Assembly (NCBI GenBank): GCA_951406725.2
Contig: OX597814.1
Coordinates: 100,812,001 to 100,876,000 of the forward strand
DNA: 64,000 bases
Source of the DNA: Octopus vulgaris
Lineage: Eukaryota
Reading direction: 5' to 3'
Shown here: positions 42,357-55,205 of the stretch, one piece after another
How the letters are laid out: each line of letters begins with the position of its first letter
Numbering within the stretch: the stretch's first letter is position 1
Position numbers and translations under genes: made by a program
The notes under the pieces: model-generated
What the model was told of the DNA's origin: nothing
What the model saw: only the letters and a program-made list of their open reading frames with translations
Databases searched by the model: none

Positions 42357-43062
42357 GCACACACAAATAAATACACAACACACAAAGACTCACACATACA
42401 TAGATGCACATATATTAAATATTTACGTATCTTGAAGTATGTAGCTGCTAATTTTGACTTGTGTCGGACAAGATTAACTATTAATAAGGAATGTGTTATG
42501 ATATGCATCGAAACTATTATGAAGAAACATCCACACCCGAGAAAACAATACAAATTAATGGGTGTGTTTAGAGTTGATGCTGTTAATAGTAATTTTGGTG
42601 TTGCTGTTGCTGTTCATATCGAGATTCATGTTGGTACTCGTGTTGGTGGTGTTCACTATGTGAGAGTGAAACAATTATTTGATTTATTACAGACAACATA
42701 AAAAAACTGGGTGGGTGAATGTAATACAAATACGTGATAAAAGAAAAAGCAAGATTAGCCCTTTAAACATGTGCGGTATCAATATTCATATCGACATACA
42801 TGAATTTCAGCATAAACAGTCATATATACAGTTACAACGTGAATTATGTAAGTCAAAGCATACATAAGGAAATACGTATTGTTCATTATTATTCCCACAA
42901 AGATATAAAAAATGCTTCGCACACACACACACAGACACAAACACATATACACGCACACACACACGTAGAGTATGAATGAATGTGTATGTCTGCGTGTTTG
43001 TGTTACATGTATGTGTCTTTATATATATGTATACATACATACATATATATACATATATATAC

Positions 43063-43095
<33 letters not shown>

Positions 43096-43846
43096 TGTAT
43101 GTATGTATGTATGTATGTATGTATGCATGTATGTATGCATGTATGTATGCATGCATGCTTGTATGTATGTATATGAATGTAAAGGGTGGTACATATATGT
43201 ACATATATGTACAATCTCAAAGATTGAAAAAAATATATGCAGTCACAGACATAAGATTGCGAGCGCATTCGTACAGATACGTATATGTTTCTCAAGAAAA
43301 CGGAATTTTGAAATTTTAAGAAATTTTGGCTCGGCTAAGAAAATAAGTTTAAAATTTGAAAAATCGAAAAACAAGAAAAAGCAAGTGAACATTAAAGTTA
43401 TGTTGGAAAAACCCGGAAAATGTTAGAAACATTGTCAGTTAGAGAGCAGATAACTACAATGAAGATATACAGAAGACATATTCAGCGCGTCGACAAAACC
43501 TCTTGTTCTGATCCTTTAATAAAAGACATTCATTTTGAAGACATTCAGCGCCATCACTTTTAGTACAAGATGATATATTCTATAGTACGAACTACCTTTA
43601 TTCGAATTTGCGTTGTAAATAGTGACTAAGTGAGAACACCCTAATAGTATTTAAAGATTCTAACCGAGAACATAAATCAAAAAGAGCGCCTAATGAAATT
43701 TTAGTATACATTTAAACGAATTTTATCCGCTCTACTATTTATTTAGAAATTTATCTATGAATAGTGGTTTTTAATTTTGGTACAAGTCCAGCAACTGTAA
43801 GTACAATTTACTAATGTTTCCCAAGTAAAACAGCGCTTCATTTTTG

Positions 43847-43925
43847 AAGTCCGATGAAGCTATTGGGTGATTCAAGCACTCAGCTATGAATGTATTGCAT
43901 CCTATCGCAGAAACAACTGTAAGCT
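43847..43925 (+). ncRNA. Degenerate hammerhead-like motif
   Basis: agt CCGATGA agc...gca GAAAC aact GTA agct; its 3' half resembles 22222-22242; followed by a short tail and (TA)n. Confidence 0.35.
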
Positions 43926-43994
43926 AAGGAAGTTTTTGATATAATTCCTTTTATTGCTTTGTCATTTATTTGATTTCTTATATATATATATATA

Positions 43995-44520
43995 TTGGTC
44001 GACATTCTTTCTCTCTCGTCGTCCACTATAATCCAGCGTTTGCATTACTTTTTTCGTCTGGCGTAAACAGCCCTTCTTATCTTGTTCTCCTTGTCCTGTC
44101 TCTCACTGTTATATATTTATTTTTCAACTGTTTATATATAATTTTTTTTTACTGTTTATATGTTTGTACTGTCGTTACCGTCTTGCTTTTTTTACCATTT
44201 TTTACCCCTCTGCGAAAAGATCTCAGAATTTTAATTGATTTGCTTTTCGCAGGAAGGAAGTTTCTTCGAAGTATACGTCTCGCTTTTATCCTTCGAAACG
44301 TAGAGTAGATGAAACCTTAGCGACTGAAGAAGGGGATTTTTCGTTGTGCTTATTGTCCTGTATCTCTTTTTTTTCTTTTTTGCTTGTCCTGTTCCTTGGT
44401 TTGTGTCTATGTTTTTCGTCTCTCTATGTGTTCGACGTCTTTTTGGTGTCCTGTACACATATATGCGTGTATATGTACATGTAGAGGTAGGTACGTACAT
44501 ATATGTTTATATATATGCAT
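43995..44520 (+). mobile_element. Unclassified (TA)n-flanked repeat, related to about 51860-52250 in the opposite orientation
   Basis: ttcgaaacg...tagat(g/a)aaac...(c/t)tga(a/t)gaaggg and the end gacgtctttttggtgtcctgtac...tacatgtagaggtagg resemble the reverse complement of 51860-52110. Confidence 0.5.
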
Positions 44521-44551
44521 ATGTTCTATTTTATTAACATATATATATATA

Positions 44552-44932
44552 CTCTTTTACTCTTTTACTTGTTTCAGTCATTTGACTGCGGCCATGCTGG
44601 AGCACCGCCCTTTGTCGAGTAAATCGACCCCAGGACTTATTCTTTGTAAGCCAAGTACTTATTCTATCGGTCTCTTTTACCGAACCGCTAAATTACGGGG
44701 ACGTAAACACACCAGCATCGGTTGTGAAGCGATGTTGGGGTAAAAAAATACAGACGCGGAAACATATACGAAGGGCTTCTTTCAGTTTCCGATAACCAAA
44801 TCCGCTCACAAGGCTTTGGTCGGCCCGAGGCTATAGTAGAAGACACTTGTCCAAGGTGCCACGCAGTGGGACCGAAGCCAGAACCATGTGATTCGTAAGC
44901 AAACTACTTACCACACAGCCACTCCTACGCCT
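44552..44932 (-). mobile_element. SINE family B, full length
   Basis: Complete from head to tail, flanked by (TA)-rich sequence. Confidence 0.9.
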
Positions 44933-45136
44933 ATATAAATATATATATAATTAATATAGGTTAATTTTTTTTCGGGAAATACTACCAATTATTTTTTAAA
45001 AAGTTTCTTTTAAGTCCTCCCCAAGCTGTCTTCATAGATCTGACTATACGCACCTACTCTCCGCCCACAAATCGTTTAGTCGTTCGGTGCTGATGCAACT
45101 TGTTATTATCCATACATACATATAAATCTTTATAAA

Positions 45137-46152
45137 TATTGGGCCACTCCATGAATAATGCGTTTTTTTTTTAATTGCATGAACTAAAAGTCGTAGGGAG
45201 GACGGGATAAACTACTTGCACCAACTTGCTATAAAAGCAGGTAGTAATTTTACCTTGTCAATTATTCATAGTTTTGAAGAGAGTTAATTCGATTTTAACA
45301 GTTACTTTTTCAAAGACATAATGGAAGAGGTAAAGGAGCATATTCGGCATATTTTGCTTTATGAATTAAATAAAGGCAACAATGCAACGGAAAGTGCATG
45401 GAATATTAATGCAGTATATGGGTATCGGACAATAAACGTAAGCCAGTTTCAAACGGTGGTTCCAGAAATTCCGAGCCAGAAACTACAACCTTAAAAGACA
45501 AGCTTTGTCATGGAAGATCCCTAGAGCTCGACGAGGACATCCTGCAAATCCCGGTGGAACAAAATTCTATCGTAACTGTTGAACTAGCAGAGAAGCTTGG
45601 ATTTGGTCATTCAAACATTCATCGACACCTGCGTGTCAGCAAATTGGGTCAGTGGGTTCCTCACAAACATTCCGAGTCTAATAGCGCGCAGAGAGTGAAT
45701 GTGAGCTCTTCTTCGCTGCCACGTGTCACGAATGAGCCTTTTTGGACCGAATAGTGACTGGTGACGAGAAATAGGTTCTCTATAAAAATGTCAAGCGCCG
45801 AAGACAGTGGGTAGGGGAAAGGAGAAATACCGGCACCCCAGGCTAAAGAAGGTCTTCACCCACGTAAAGTGTGTTTATCTATTTGGTGCGATATGAAAGT
45901 TTTTGTCCATTTTAAACTTTTAAACTCAAACCAAATGATAACAAAGGAGATCTGCTGCAAGCAGCTTGAGCGACTGAAGTCAGCACTTGAAGAAAAACCC
46001 ACCATTTTTGGTTTCAAGACGAAAGATGTTCTTCTATGCTCGGCTATATACAGCGAGGATGATATTACAAAGGCTGGAGCAATTTGAATGGGAAACGATG
46101 CCACACCCACCATATTCGCTGGACATCTGATTATCATATATTTCGCAGTCTT
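45137..46152 (+). pseudogene. Decayed mariner transposon (second subfamily); transposase starts at about 45321
   Basis: MEEVKEHIRHILLYELNKGNNATESAWNINAVYG; KLGQWVPH; IVTGDEK*VLYKNVKRRRQW; LHPRKVCLSIWCD; PHPPYSLDI..DYHIFRSL. Multiple frameshifts. Confidence 0.9.
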
Positions 46153-46154
46153 CT

Positions 46155-46638
46155 GCTCGCAAGATATATAAATTCAAGCGACACATGATTTTTCAACAAG
46201 CAAAAGAGTTAGTTCTAAAATCTCTCTAACTGATGAACGCAGTAGTTGTATTGGCAAGTAATATTCGTAGCCACGTCAACATGGCTGTTCCGTTCGAACG
46301 GACTTTACTGCGATTTTTTTAAACATAAGAGGACATCTCTTCTAGCAGGTTAACGATGCGAAGCTGCATCCAGTACTGAAGAGAGACAGAAATAGCCCGA
46401 AACCATACTGGTCTATTGTTCCGTCGCTAGGAGATGGAAGGGGTTCACCACATTGCTCGTAATATATCGGATGCAGGTATGCATCGTTAACTAGTGAGAG
46501 GAGATGTCCTCTTAGGATTAAAAAAATCGCAGTAATGTCTGTTCGAACGGAACAACTTTGTTTAAGTGGCTAGGAACATTACTTGTTATTACAACTACTG
46601 CGTTCATCTCTTAGAGATTTTAGAACTAGCTTTTTTGC
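46155..46638. mobile_element. Fold-back/MITE-like element, arms about 46200-46371 and 46469-46638
   Basis: agttctaaaatctct...gttccgttcgaacggac...ggacatctc...gttaacgatgc versus its reverse complement on the right arm; lies where the mariner breaks off. Confidence 0.75.
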
Positions 46639-48244
46639 CTCTTCAGATTCACTTATTCGTAATTTTTCCTTTTGTGCAGCAATTATTTCAATTCAGACAA
46701 AAATTATAAAATTATTTTATCATGTTTTCATATACAGCAGACTTCTGTCTGGTTCTGTTGGATGCAGGCTATGAAAGGTAATACTTTGTTTTCACATTCT
46801 TCAGTTCTTTATTTACGTCTATTTTCTTTCTTAGTTGATGTTTTGATTTTATCATCTGCAGTTTTGCTGTTTTTACATTCTCAACCTCTGTGTTGAACTA
46901 AATTGCTTCCTTATCAGTAGAAAATTCTGTCCTTATCATATTCTGCAATTAATTAATAAAATGATATTTTTATTATAATTTTTTAAAAGTTTTATAAAGT
47001 ACTTCATCATTTTTAAATGAATTTCATTTTGGTTAGTATTATCTCGTAAATCATACAAAGACATTTGGTTTTCGTATTAGAGAAAACGTAATATATTGGC
47101 TAGTTTCTTCTTTATGGGTCAAAATATTTTTTATATTGGAGCAGTTATTAGATGATATTTACATTGCAAGGGCATGTACTAATGATTCATTTTTCATTGC
47201 GTTTCGATCAAATACTAACTCTAAGGAATCTACTCAATCGTATTGAGGAATTTTCTCTAAATTACTTAGGCATGGCAAAAGATCAGGATAGCATGGACTA
47301 TAATGATTTGTGTATTTCAGGAGTTCAATATAAGTATGAATTTTTAAGTTATTGAGAAGAACATTGTCTTTTATATATCGGATAAACGAACTACTACTAG
47401 TTAAATTATGAAAAAATTTTCTATACTTATATATATTGCGAAGTTTCTATGTGAAACTTCATTAAATCATTCTAAGATCAATTTAATCTGTGCAAGTTTT
47501 TTTAAACAATTGCATCCTTTTTATAGATGCGGCAGAAGACGAAAGAGAAAAGTTTATGACTTACCTTAGGGCTACTGAAGCTGTAGGATCAAACAGAATA
47601 GATTACCTTCAAACGAAAGGTATGGGTTGAATGCTTATTACATAGTGGGCTTCAAGGCATCAATATGGTAGTTGGGGGCATGAAGCTGGACAGACCAATT
47701 TTTGCTCTCTGAATTTCACACACGAGTGTCTTTAAAATAGTGGTACTGAACTCGAGATCACGAACATCACAGCCTCGTTTGTTTCGACTGATATATTTTG
47801 ATCCAATACACCTCTTCATATTCCTGTAAAATAATCCAGCTTTACTTTTCCTATTATATATGTAGAGGTAACCAAAACATCGCACGGAGGACCGTGTTTG
47901 TGTTACATATGCACATGAGGTTGCGGTCAGCTACATACATATCGGTGCATAATCATCATCATAAGATTAGTGCAGACTTTAATAGTGAATACAGCTACTT
48001 CCCAATATTGACTTGGGTCCCTTTCATCTACAGGAACCAATTTCCTTTCAAGTATGACCACAAGGGATTTCTTAAAAGAAAATTGACAGAAACTGATAGA
48101 CATAGAGAAAGTCATGAATCGACTTCAATGCAAGACTGAAACATATTTTCACTACCTCAAAAACATTACAGAGTTGACCGTTGTGGTACTTGAATCAAAG
48201 CTCATGCAGCCAGAACTCAGACCAATCTATCCGATGTTCTAAAG

Positions 48245-48612
48245 CAGGTTTTCTCAACCATTTTTTAATCTATGGACCTCTTTGATTGCTATTTTATTCT
48301 GGCACACACACCCCTCACGCACAAACAAACACACATAGCTATTCAATGTTAAAAAACTAGTTTTATGGATACTTCTTTCAAAATTCCTGTTTTGTTATTC
48401 ACACACTTGTGAAGGTTGAACTATGTCAAACATAGAATAAGAAACCTAGCTGTTTCTTGCAATACATACCAATACATACATCAAAAGCAAAACAATTTCA
48501 GACGCCCTTAAAATGCTATTGTGGAAGCCCAATTTACTATTTCGTAGTGTAGACCCCACAAAATCTTATATGGATCTTCAGGGCCCATACGGACCCCAAT
48601 TGAGAATCACTA
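48245..48612. mobile_element. Degenerate hAT (Charlie-type) MITE
   Basis: Ends caggttttctcaac / ttgagaatcacta; TSD ttctaaag / ttccaaag (7 of 8); repeated ggacccc-like subterminal motifs. Confidence 0.65.
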
Positions 48613-48999
48613 TTCCAAAGGAACCACAAATTTGTCACCACTTGTACAAATATAAATACATAGACATGATGTGATTGAATGCATTTGTATAAGTGCGTTT
48701 ATAAAGGGAAGCGTTTCTAGATTGAATACAAATAGGTAGAAGGGATATAAAAAGTGCATACAAGTGTAGAGGACAGGTAGCAGGATGCAGGTATATATTA
48801 TCATTCGCGCTGGTGTTCTCACATACAATTAATAGTAATTTTTTTATTATGGTGTGTGACAAATTCAGAATAAAAGATTTATTATAATTACGATTAATGT
48901 GTTAGTATACACACGCGCACACACATACACACGCATGTATATATATATATATATATGCTTATATATGTATGTGTATATGTATATATGTGTGTTTATACT

Positions 49000-49051
<52 letters not shown>

Positions 49052-50074
49052 CACGTATAAGCATATATACCTCTCTGTGAGAGTGTGACTGCATTTAGAT
49101 ATATAAGTGAATATATGTGAATTTACATATATATAAATATATAGCCGTATGTATGTATATGTGTATGTGTATACATACATATAATATATATATTATGTAT
49201 ATACACATAATACATATATATGCGTGCGTGTGTGTGTGTGAATGCGTGTATGTGTGTATCTATGTATATGCATACACACAAAAACACACTAATACAAAGG
49301 CATACAATTTTTGTGTAGTTATATGTTCTTAATATTTTTTGGCGTTCCATTAAGTGGTGAAAAAAAAAAGAAAGAAAACATCAAAATCAAACAAATTAAC
49401 ATCTCTCTCTTCTAAATTAATTTCGTTTAATCTTCAGTCTGTATTTGAAATAGATTTGATAAATAAGAACAAAGTAAGCGAGAAAATGAATCCGGCAAAA
49501 CGAAATAACAGAACATTGTGTTTCGTCTCTCCGCCTTTCAGTCTCAGAAGACTTAACTTGGGTGGTCTAGAATTGAAAGACAGAAATATAACAGTATTGT
49601 TTACAGATAGATGTGTTTTTGTGTTGGTCTCTTTGTTCTATATGAAAAATTCTGCTCAAAGTTGTATCAAATGTAAAAATGAAACAATTATTACATTAAT
49701 TACTTTATGTATTTTGTGTCTTTGTTGATTGTGGACTTTATTCCAGGGAGTTGGGATAAAATAAATATTAAAAAAATACGTACTCAAACGCACACAAACA
49801 CACACGCTTATATATGAACATATATATATATATATATAACGCACGCACATGCATACGTAGATACAAACTTATATACTTACTTACAGGCACGCGTTCATAC
49901 GTACACACATACGGGTATATACAGAGCGTCTGTTTGTCATCTCGAACGAACATCGTAGAAATATATAGATAGATAGATACATATATACATACATACATAC
50001 ATACATACGTACGTACGTACATACATACATGCATGCATACATACATATATACACACACACATCTACATATATAG

Positions 50075-50141
<67 letters not shown>

Positions 50142-50171
50142 TATCTGTGTCTGCATCTGTGTCTTTATGCA

Positions 50172-50370
50172 CGAGGTGGTGGGCTTGAAAAGTTCCTGGT
50201 TGTAAGGCTCTCTCGAAAATTTCCGAGTTCATTCACAGGGATCAAAAAAACTGAAGGATAGCTGCTGCGAGAGTGTGACTATGAGAGGAAATATGTTGCA
50301 TAAAACCATAATTAACTGATCCTCCTGTATTATATTTTTCCCACAGCCAGGAATTTTTCAACGCCCCCCG
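50172..50370 (+). mobile_element. Mariner-derived MITE
   Basis: TIRs cgaggtggtgggcttgaaaagttcctgg / ccaggaatttttcaacgccccccg followed by ta; interior resembles a transposase C-terminus remnant. Confidence 0.65.
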
Positions 50371-50843
50371 TATGTACTTCATCAAACACAGTGTTAAGGG
50401 TTTCTTTGTCTTCTAACCTCTGCATTACCGAGCATCAAACATCATGTCTCCTAGTTAGTAACAAAGGATAAACAAATTTATATTTTCAAGTATGTATGTA
50501 AACTAATAATTAAATATATGAGTTTATGTGTCTATATATTTGTCCACATACACACATATACACATACAGATATATGTGTACATATATGTATATATGTGTA
50601 TATATACCTTACTTGTTAGTAAACCATATTGTTAAATAATATAGGTGTTGTGTGCCGGTGGAATTGCTCGAATGTGTTCGCCAGGGGCTCTGAAATTATT
50701 GTTTCTAATATAGGCACTTTTCTTGAGACAAGAGTGGTTATCTAATTATATTGATCCCCGAAATTGACAAACGCCTTATTTTATAAACTTCGGAAACTGA
50801 GCCGGAACGGAATTTGAACTTAGAACATAAGTCGGAAAAAATA

Positions 50844-51075
50844 CCTATTTCTTTACTACCCACAAGGGGCTAAGCATAGAGGTGATAAACAAGGACAGAA
50901 AAAAGGATTAAGTCGATTACATCGATCTCAGTGTGTAACTGGTACTTATTTAATCGACCCCGAAAGGATAAAAGGCAAAGTCATCCTCGGCTGAATTTGA
51001 AATGAGAATGTAGCGGCAGACGAAATACCGCCAAGCATTTCGCCCGGTGTGCTAACAATGCTGCCAGCTCGCCGC
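50844..51075 (-). mobile_element. SINE family A, full length
   Basis: cctatttctttactacccacaaggggctaa...cgaccccgaaaggat...ctgccagctcgccg. Confidence 0.9.
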
Positions 51076-51391
51076 TTTTCCCGCGAGGTTGCGCAAAATA
51101 GAATGGGAATAATTTGGCATATTTTAAGTAGTAATGTTGTTGGGAACATAACTTATCACTAGGTTAGTCGGTCTTTGCGTCTGGGATGAAAAAACTGGTT
51201 CAAGAGGTTCTTTTCATTTCGTTACTTATTTCGATGCCGTCGTTCGTGCATTTGTAAGTTTCCTCTGTGTCTGAAAGACAAGTCGGATCTTGATCCTTAC
51301 TTTTTCTTTTTTCTTTTCTTCTTTTTTGTATGTGACTGAAGTGGGTGATGGGTGATATGGAGGTTCTTAAGATTATATATATAAAATTATA

Positions 51392-51474
51392 TCATGTAGT
51401 AGTGGTGACAGTCATGCTTCACAATTTTTGACTGTCAAAAATTGTGAAGCATGATTGTCACCACTACTACATGA
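51392..51474. repeat. Near-perfect palindrome, 41 bp arms with a 1 nt spacer
   Basis: tcatgtagtagtggtgacagtcatgcttcacaatttttgac t gtcaaaaattgtgaagcatgattgtcaccactactacatga; 1 mismatch. Confidence 0.95.
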
Positions 51475-51643
51475 ACCCGAAGATTGCAGAATTTAATGCA
51501 TGAAAGTACTAGTTCAATCAGAATGAACATTTAACATTCTACTATTTTATTTTATTTTATTCTATTATATTATATTATCTTATCATATATCATTATAAAA
51601 TTGTAAATAAAACGTGAAAATCAGACAAGGTTGGAATTCCTTT

Positions 51644-51751
<108 letters not shown>

Positions 51752-52414
51752 ATATATATGTATGTTCGTATCTATATATGTATGTGGATAAAACCTCATT
51801 GGAAATGGATGCGTGGGGTTCGATCATATAATAATATATAATATATATATATATATGTCCAAACCTACATATATATGTATATATACATTAATGTATGGGT
51901 ACAGGTCGTCAAAAAAGCGTGAACAAAATGAAAAACGAAGACATAAAAAACAATGCATGAAAACGAACTTTTTTAGAACAACTAAAGAAACAAATAGAGT
52001 CAGGAGACCGGCAACATAAAGGACCATCCCTTCATCAATTGTTCCCTGTTTTATCTATGCAGCGTTTCGAACGTTGGGACAAGACGCGACTTCGTTAAAA
52101 CAGTCGTTCCCGCAAAGCAAATAAAATTGGGATTTGTGAGGGTTAAAGTGGTAACCAAAACAGGACAGTAAGAACAAAACAGTAACAACAAACGGTAAGG
52201 GCTGTTAAGCCATAACGAGGTGAAGTGGAGAACGCCGGAGAAACGAGCTCAGGTGATATTCTTCCGGATATGCTGAGGAGCTTCTAAGTTGATTTGCCAA
52301 GATCTACTCAACACCTTTTTTTGTCATATATAAATACACATGCGCTCTTTCACGCACACCCACGCACACATGCACATACAGAAATGCATTTACATTCACT
52401 TAAGACGTTGCATG

Positions 52415-52672
52415 TGGAGTCGCGTTGCTTAGTGGTTAGGGTGTCAGCACCATGATCGTAAGACTGTGGTTTTGATTACTGGACTGGGCGACGCATTGTG
52501 TTCTTGAGCAAAACACTTCATCACACGTTGCTCCAGTTCACTCACCTGGCGAAAATGAGTAACGTTGCCATGGACTGGCGTCCCGTCTAGCTCAGGAACA
52601 CATACGGCATAGAAACCGGGAAACCGGGACTATGAGCTTGGCTAGGCTTTAAAAGGGCGCATTTATTATTTA
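52415..52672 (+). mobile_element. SINE family C, full length, with 15 bp TSD
   Basis: TSD ttaagacgttgcatg at 52400-52414 and 52673-52687; tRNA-like head gcttagtggttagggtg...ggttttgattact; gactggcgtcccgtc core; gaaaccggg tail. Confidence 0.9.
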
Positions 52673-53556
52673 TTAAGACGTTGCATGCCTACTGACTGTC
52701 AAAGTTTCAGAGAATTTCCATTAACAGTTCTTGACGCCAAAATTATAGCATTTTTCTTATAAATAATAACATTATCTTATCCTCTATGTTAGCAAAGTAG
52801 TTCGCTATTTGAGGCTGGACAATATTTATTGTGAAAATGTATAAGATTGCGATGTGTGATGGCAATCATGCTCCTCCAGTTTCTAACTCAAGCAAAATGT
52901 CTTCACGTATGAGATGAAAATTTGATAAATACAAAACACATTCCTACCGTTTCAGTCACTCTCACAGAAAATAATTTATTTCTCAAAGCAAGAAAATCTT
53001 TCAAAGAACACACATTTAGAAGACGTATTGTTATAATCAAAAATGGCTACAAGGTAAGAAGCGATTTAAATAAGCATTAAAGAGACTGAAGCTCTGTCAT
53101 GAGTTTTAATGGACAAAATCAGCTAAACGCACTCCTGGAGGGCACGAATCACAATGTATTAGCTTTCTTAAAATTTAATAAATATTTATATAAGATTTAT
53201 TGTACATACGCAGTTTTTGCTTATTTTTTTTCCCTTAACAAATATTTTATAACTTTTGTGTTGATTCAATATATATCTAATAGAATTTAACTCACTGCGA
53301 CATGCAGATCGTTTCTTTCTCACGGGCTAGAAACATGTGAATATGGTAGAGATATGACATCTATGAATAAATTATATAACGCTGCGTCGCACGATGCATT
53401 GAATTCACATTTGAATGTGATTTCGTAAGATATTAGCGACGGGGACGTAGAGCATATTTACGTATACCTACCTACCTATCTACCTACCTACATGCATACA
53501 TACATACTTACATACATGCATACATAGGTACATGCATGCATACATACGTATGTGTA

Positions 53557-53594
<38 letters not shown>

Positions 53595-53800
53595 TATATA
53601 CACACACACATACACAAGCACACATGGATGAGTGGACAAGCGAGCGAAAGAGGCACACAACACATTTAGTAGGACATACAAATATTATTTCAAACATTTT
53701 GATCCGGCTCCATGCAACTTGAAGTTTCGTAGGCTAGATTTTGTGAGAAGCCTACGAAATATTTCGTTGCACAGAGCCGAATGAAACTATTTAAAATAGA

Positions 53801-53802
53801 TA

Positions 53803-53870
<68 letters not shown>

Positions 53871-53931
53871 TAATAATAATAATAATAATAATAGTAGTAG
53901 TAGTAGCAGCAGCAGCAGTAGTAGTAGTAGC

Positions 53932-53989
<58 letters not shown>

Positions 53990-53990
53990 A
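53801..53990. repeat. (AAT)n(AGT)n microsatellite at the 3' end of a LINE fragment
   Basis: Read directly from the sequence. Confidence 0.95.
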
Positions 53991-53992
53991 TT

Positions 53993-54225
53993 AATTCTTT
54001 TATTAGCCACAAGGGCTGACAAAATTAATTATAACAAAAAAGGGAAAAACAGGACGATAGGTTACAAAGGGTTTTGTCCGTTTCTCCTTTCGTACTGGCC
54101 ATTCTTGCGACATTTATCCACCTTTCAGAAAACTTGCTATCAAACAGCACTTCCCTCTCTACTCTCACTTTCTTTTTCAATTGAAACTTGAAACAAACGC
54201 ATGAGACCTCGATATTAGGTAAATA
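53993..54225 (-). pseudogene. Probable Tx1/L1-clade LINE 3' end (ORF2 C-terminus plus UTR)
   Basis: FKFQLKKKVRVEREVLFDSKFSERWINVARM resembles the Tx1-type ORF2 end as I recall it; terminates agcccttgtggctaataaaagaa before the microsatellite. Confidence 0.55.
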
Positions 54226-54551
54226 GAGGATTATATATTTATGTATAGTTTGAGACAATCAGTAATCTTAGCTCCGGCATTTGAAACTCCGAGTACTATT
54301 ATGACAACTTACTGATTGTCCTATATATATATATATATATATATATCGATAAGAGAATGAATTATCCTATGTTTACCGTCACCATGGAAAATTCGATGAA
54401 CCGATACCAGGGTAGCAAATTCACGTCAGAAACACGGTTGAAGCGACCTGTCTAAGGGCAGAAACTCCGGGTTCATGTGCAGAAATTTTTGTGTTATATA
54501 TGAATAAATAAATGAATGGAGTTGAACGAAGATGTTAACAGAATTCCTTTA

Positions 54552-54633
54552 CTCTCGACATATGTTTCGAAGACAACATGCTTTCATTCCAAAGGAATAA
54601 ACGGTGCAAGATGCAATCTCCTCATCAGGAAAG
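54552..54633 (-). ncRNA. Hammerhead motif (mirror copy)
   Basis: Reverse complement: ctttc CTGATGA ggaga...tcttc GAAAC atat GTC gagag. Confidence 0.78.
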
Positions 54634-54868
54634 AAAGGGAGCCTCTCTCAACAACAAGACAAGCAAAAATTGCGATGACTGCCTACATGGTAAACAAAAC
54701 GATAATAAGCGTTTTAAAGTGTTATTCCTTTAACCCATCTCTTCCTACTATGTAACTTTGACGTCAATTCTACTAACGGTTTTTTTAAACCACTTATTAT
54801 CGTTTTGTTTACCATGTAGGCAGTCATCGCAATTTTTGTTTGTCTTGTTGTTGAGAGAGGCTCCCCTT

Positions 54869-54950
54869 CTTTCCTGATGAGAAGATTGCATCTTGCACCT
54901 TTTATTCCTTTGGAATGAAACCATGTTGTCTTCGAAACATATGTCGAGAG
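54869..54950 (+). ncRNA. Minimal type I hammerhead ribozyme motif with extended stem II
   Basis: ctttc CTGATGA gaaga...tcttc GAAAC atat GTC gagag. Confidence 0.8.
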
Positions 54951-54988
54951 TAAAGGAATTTTGTTAACATCTTCGTTCAACTCCATTC

Positions 54989-55068
<80 letters not shown>

Positions 55069-55124
55069 GCGTGTATATGCACATGTAGAGGTAGGTATGT
55101 ACATATATGTTTTATTTCATTTAG

Positions 55125-55205
<81 letters not shown>

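Larger units (their letters stand above)
54346..54998. mobile_element. PLE-like hammerhead element with inverted arms 54504-54718 and 54784-54998 plus unique tail 54346-54503, (TA)n on both sides
   Basis: The arms are near-identical reverse complements; the ORF track shows mirrored ORFs 54516+ and 54986-. Confidence 0.85.

Noticed and set aside
46228-46245. CTGATGA in the fold-back arm
   Set aside because: No correctly placed GAAA or stems, and the motif is not kept on the other arm.
54516-54986. Mirror ORFs MELNEDVN... on both strands
   Set aside because: They follow from the inverted repeat, run antisense to the hammerheads, and are not conserved in the sibling element at 56793-57270.
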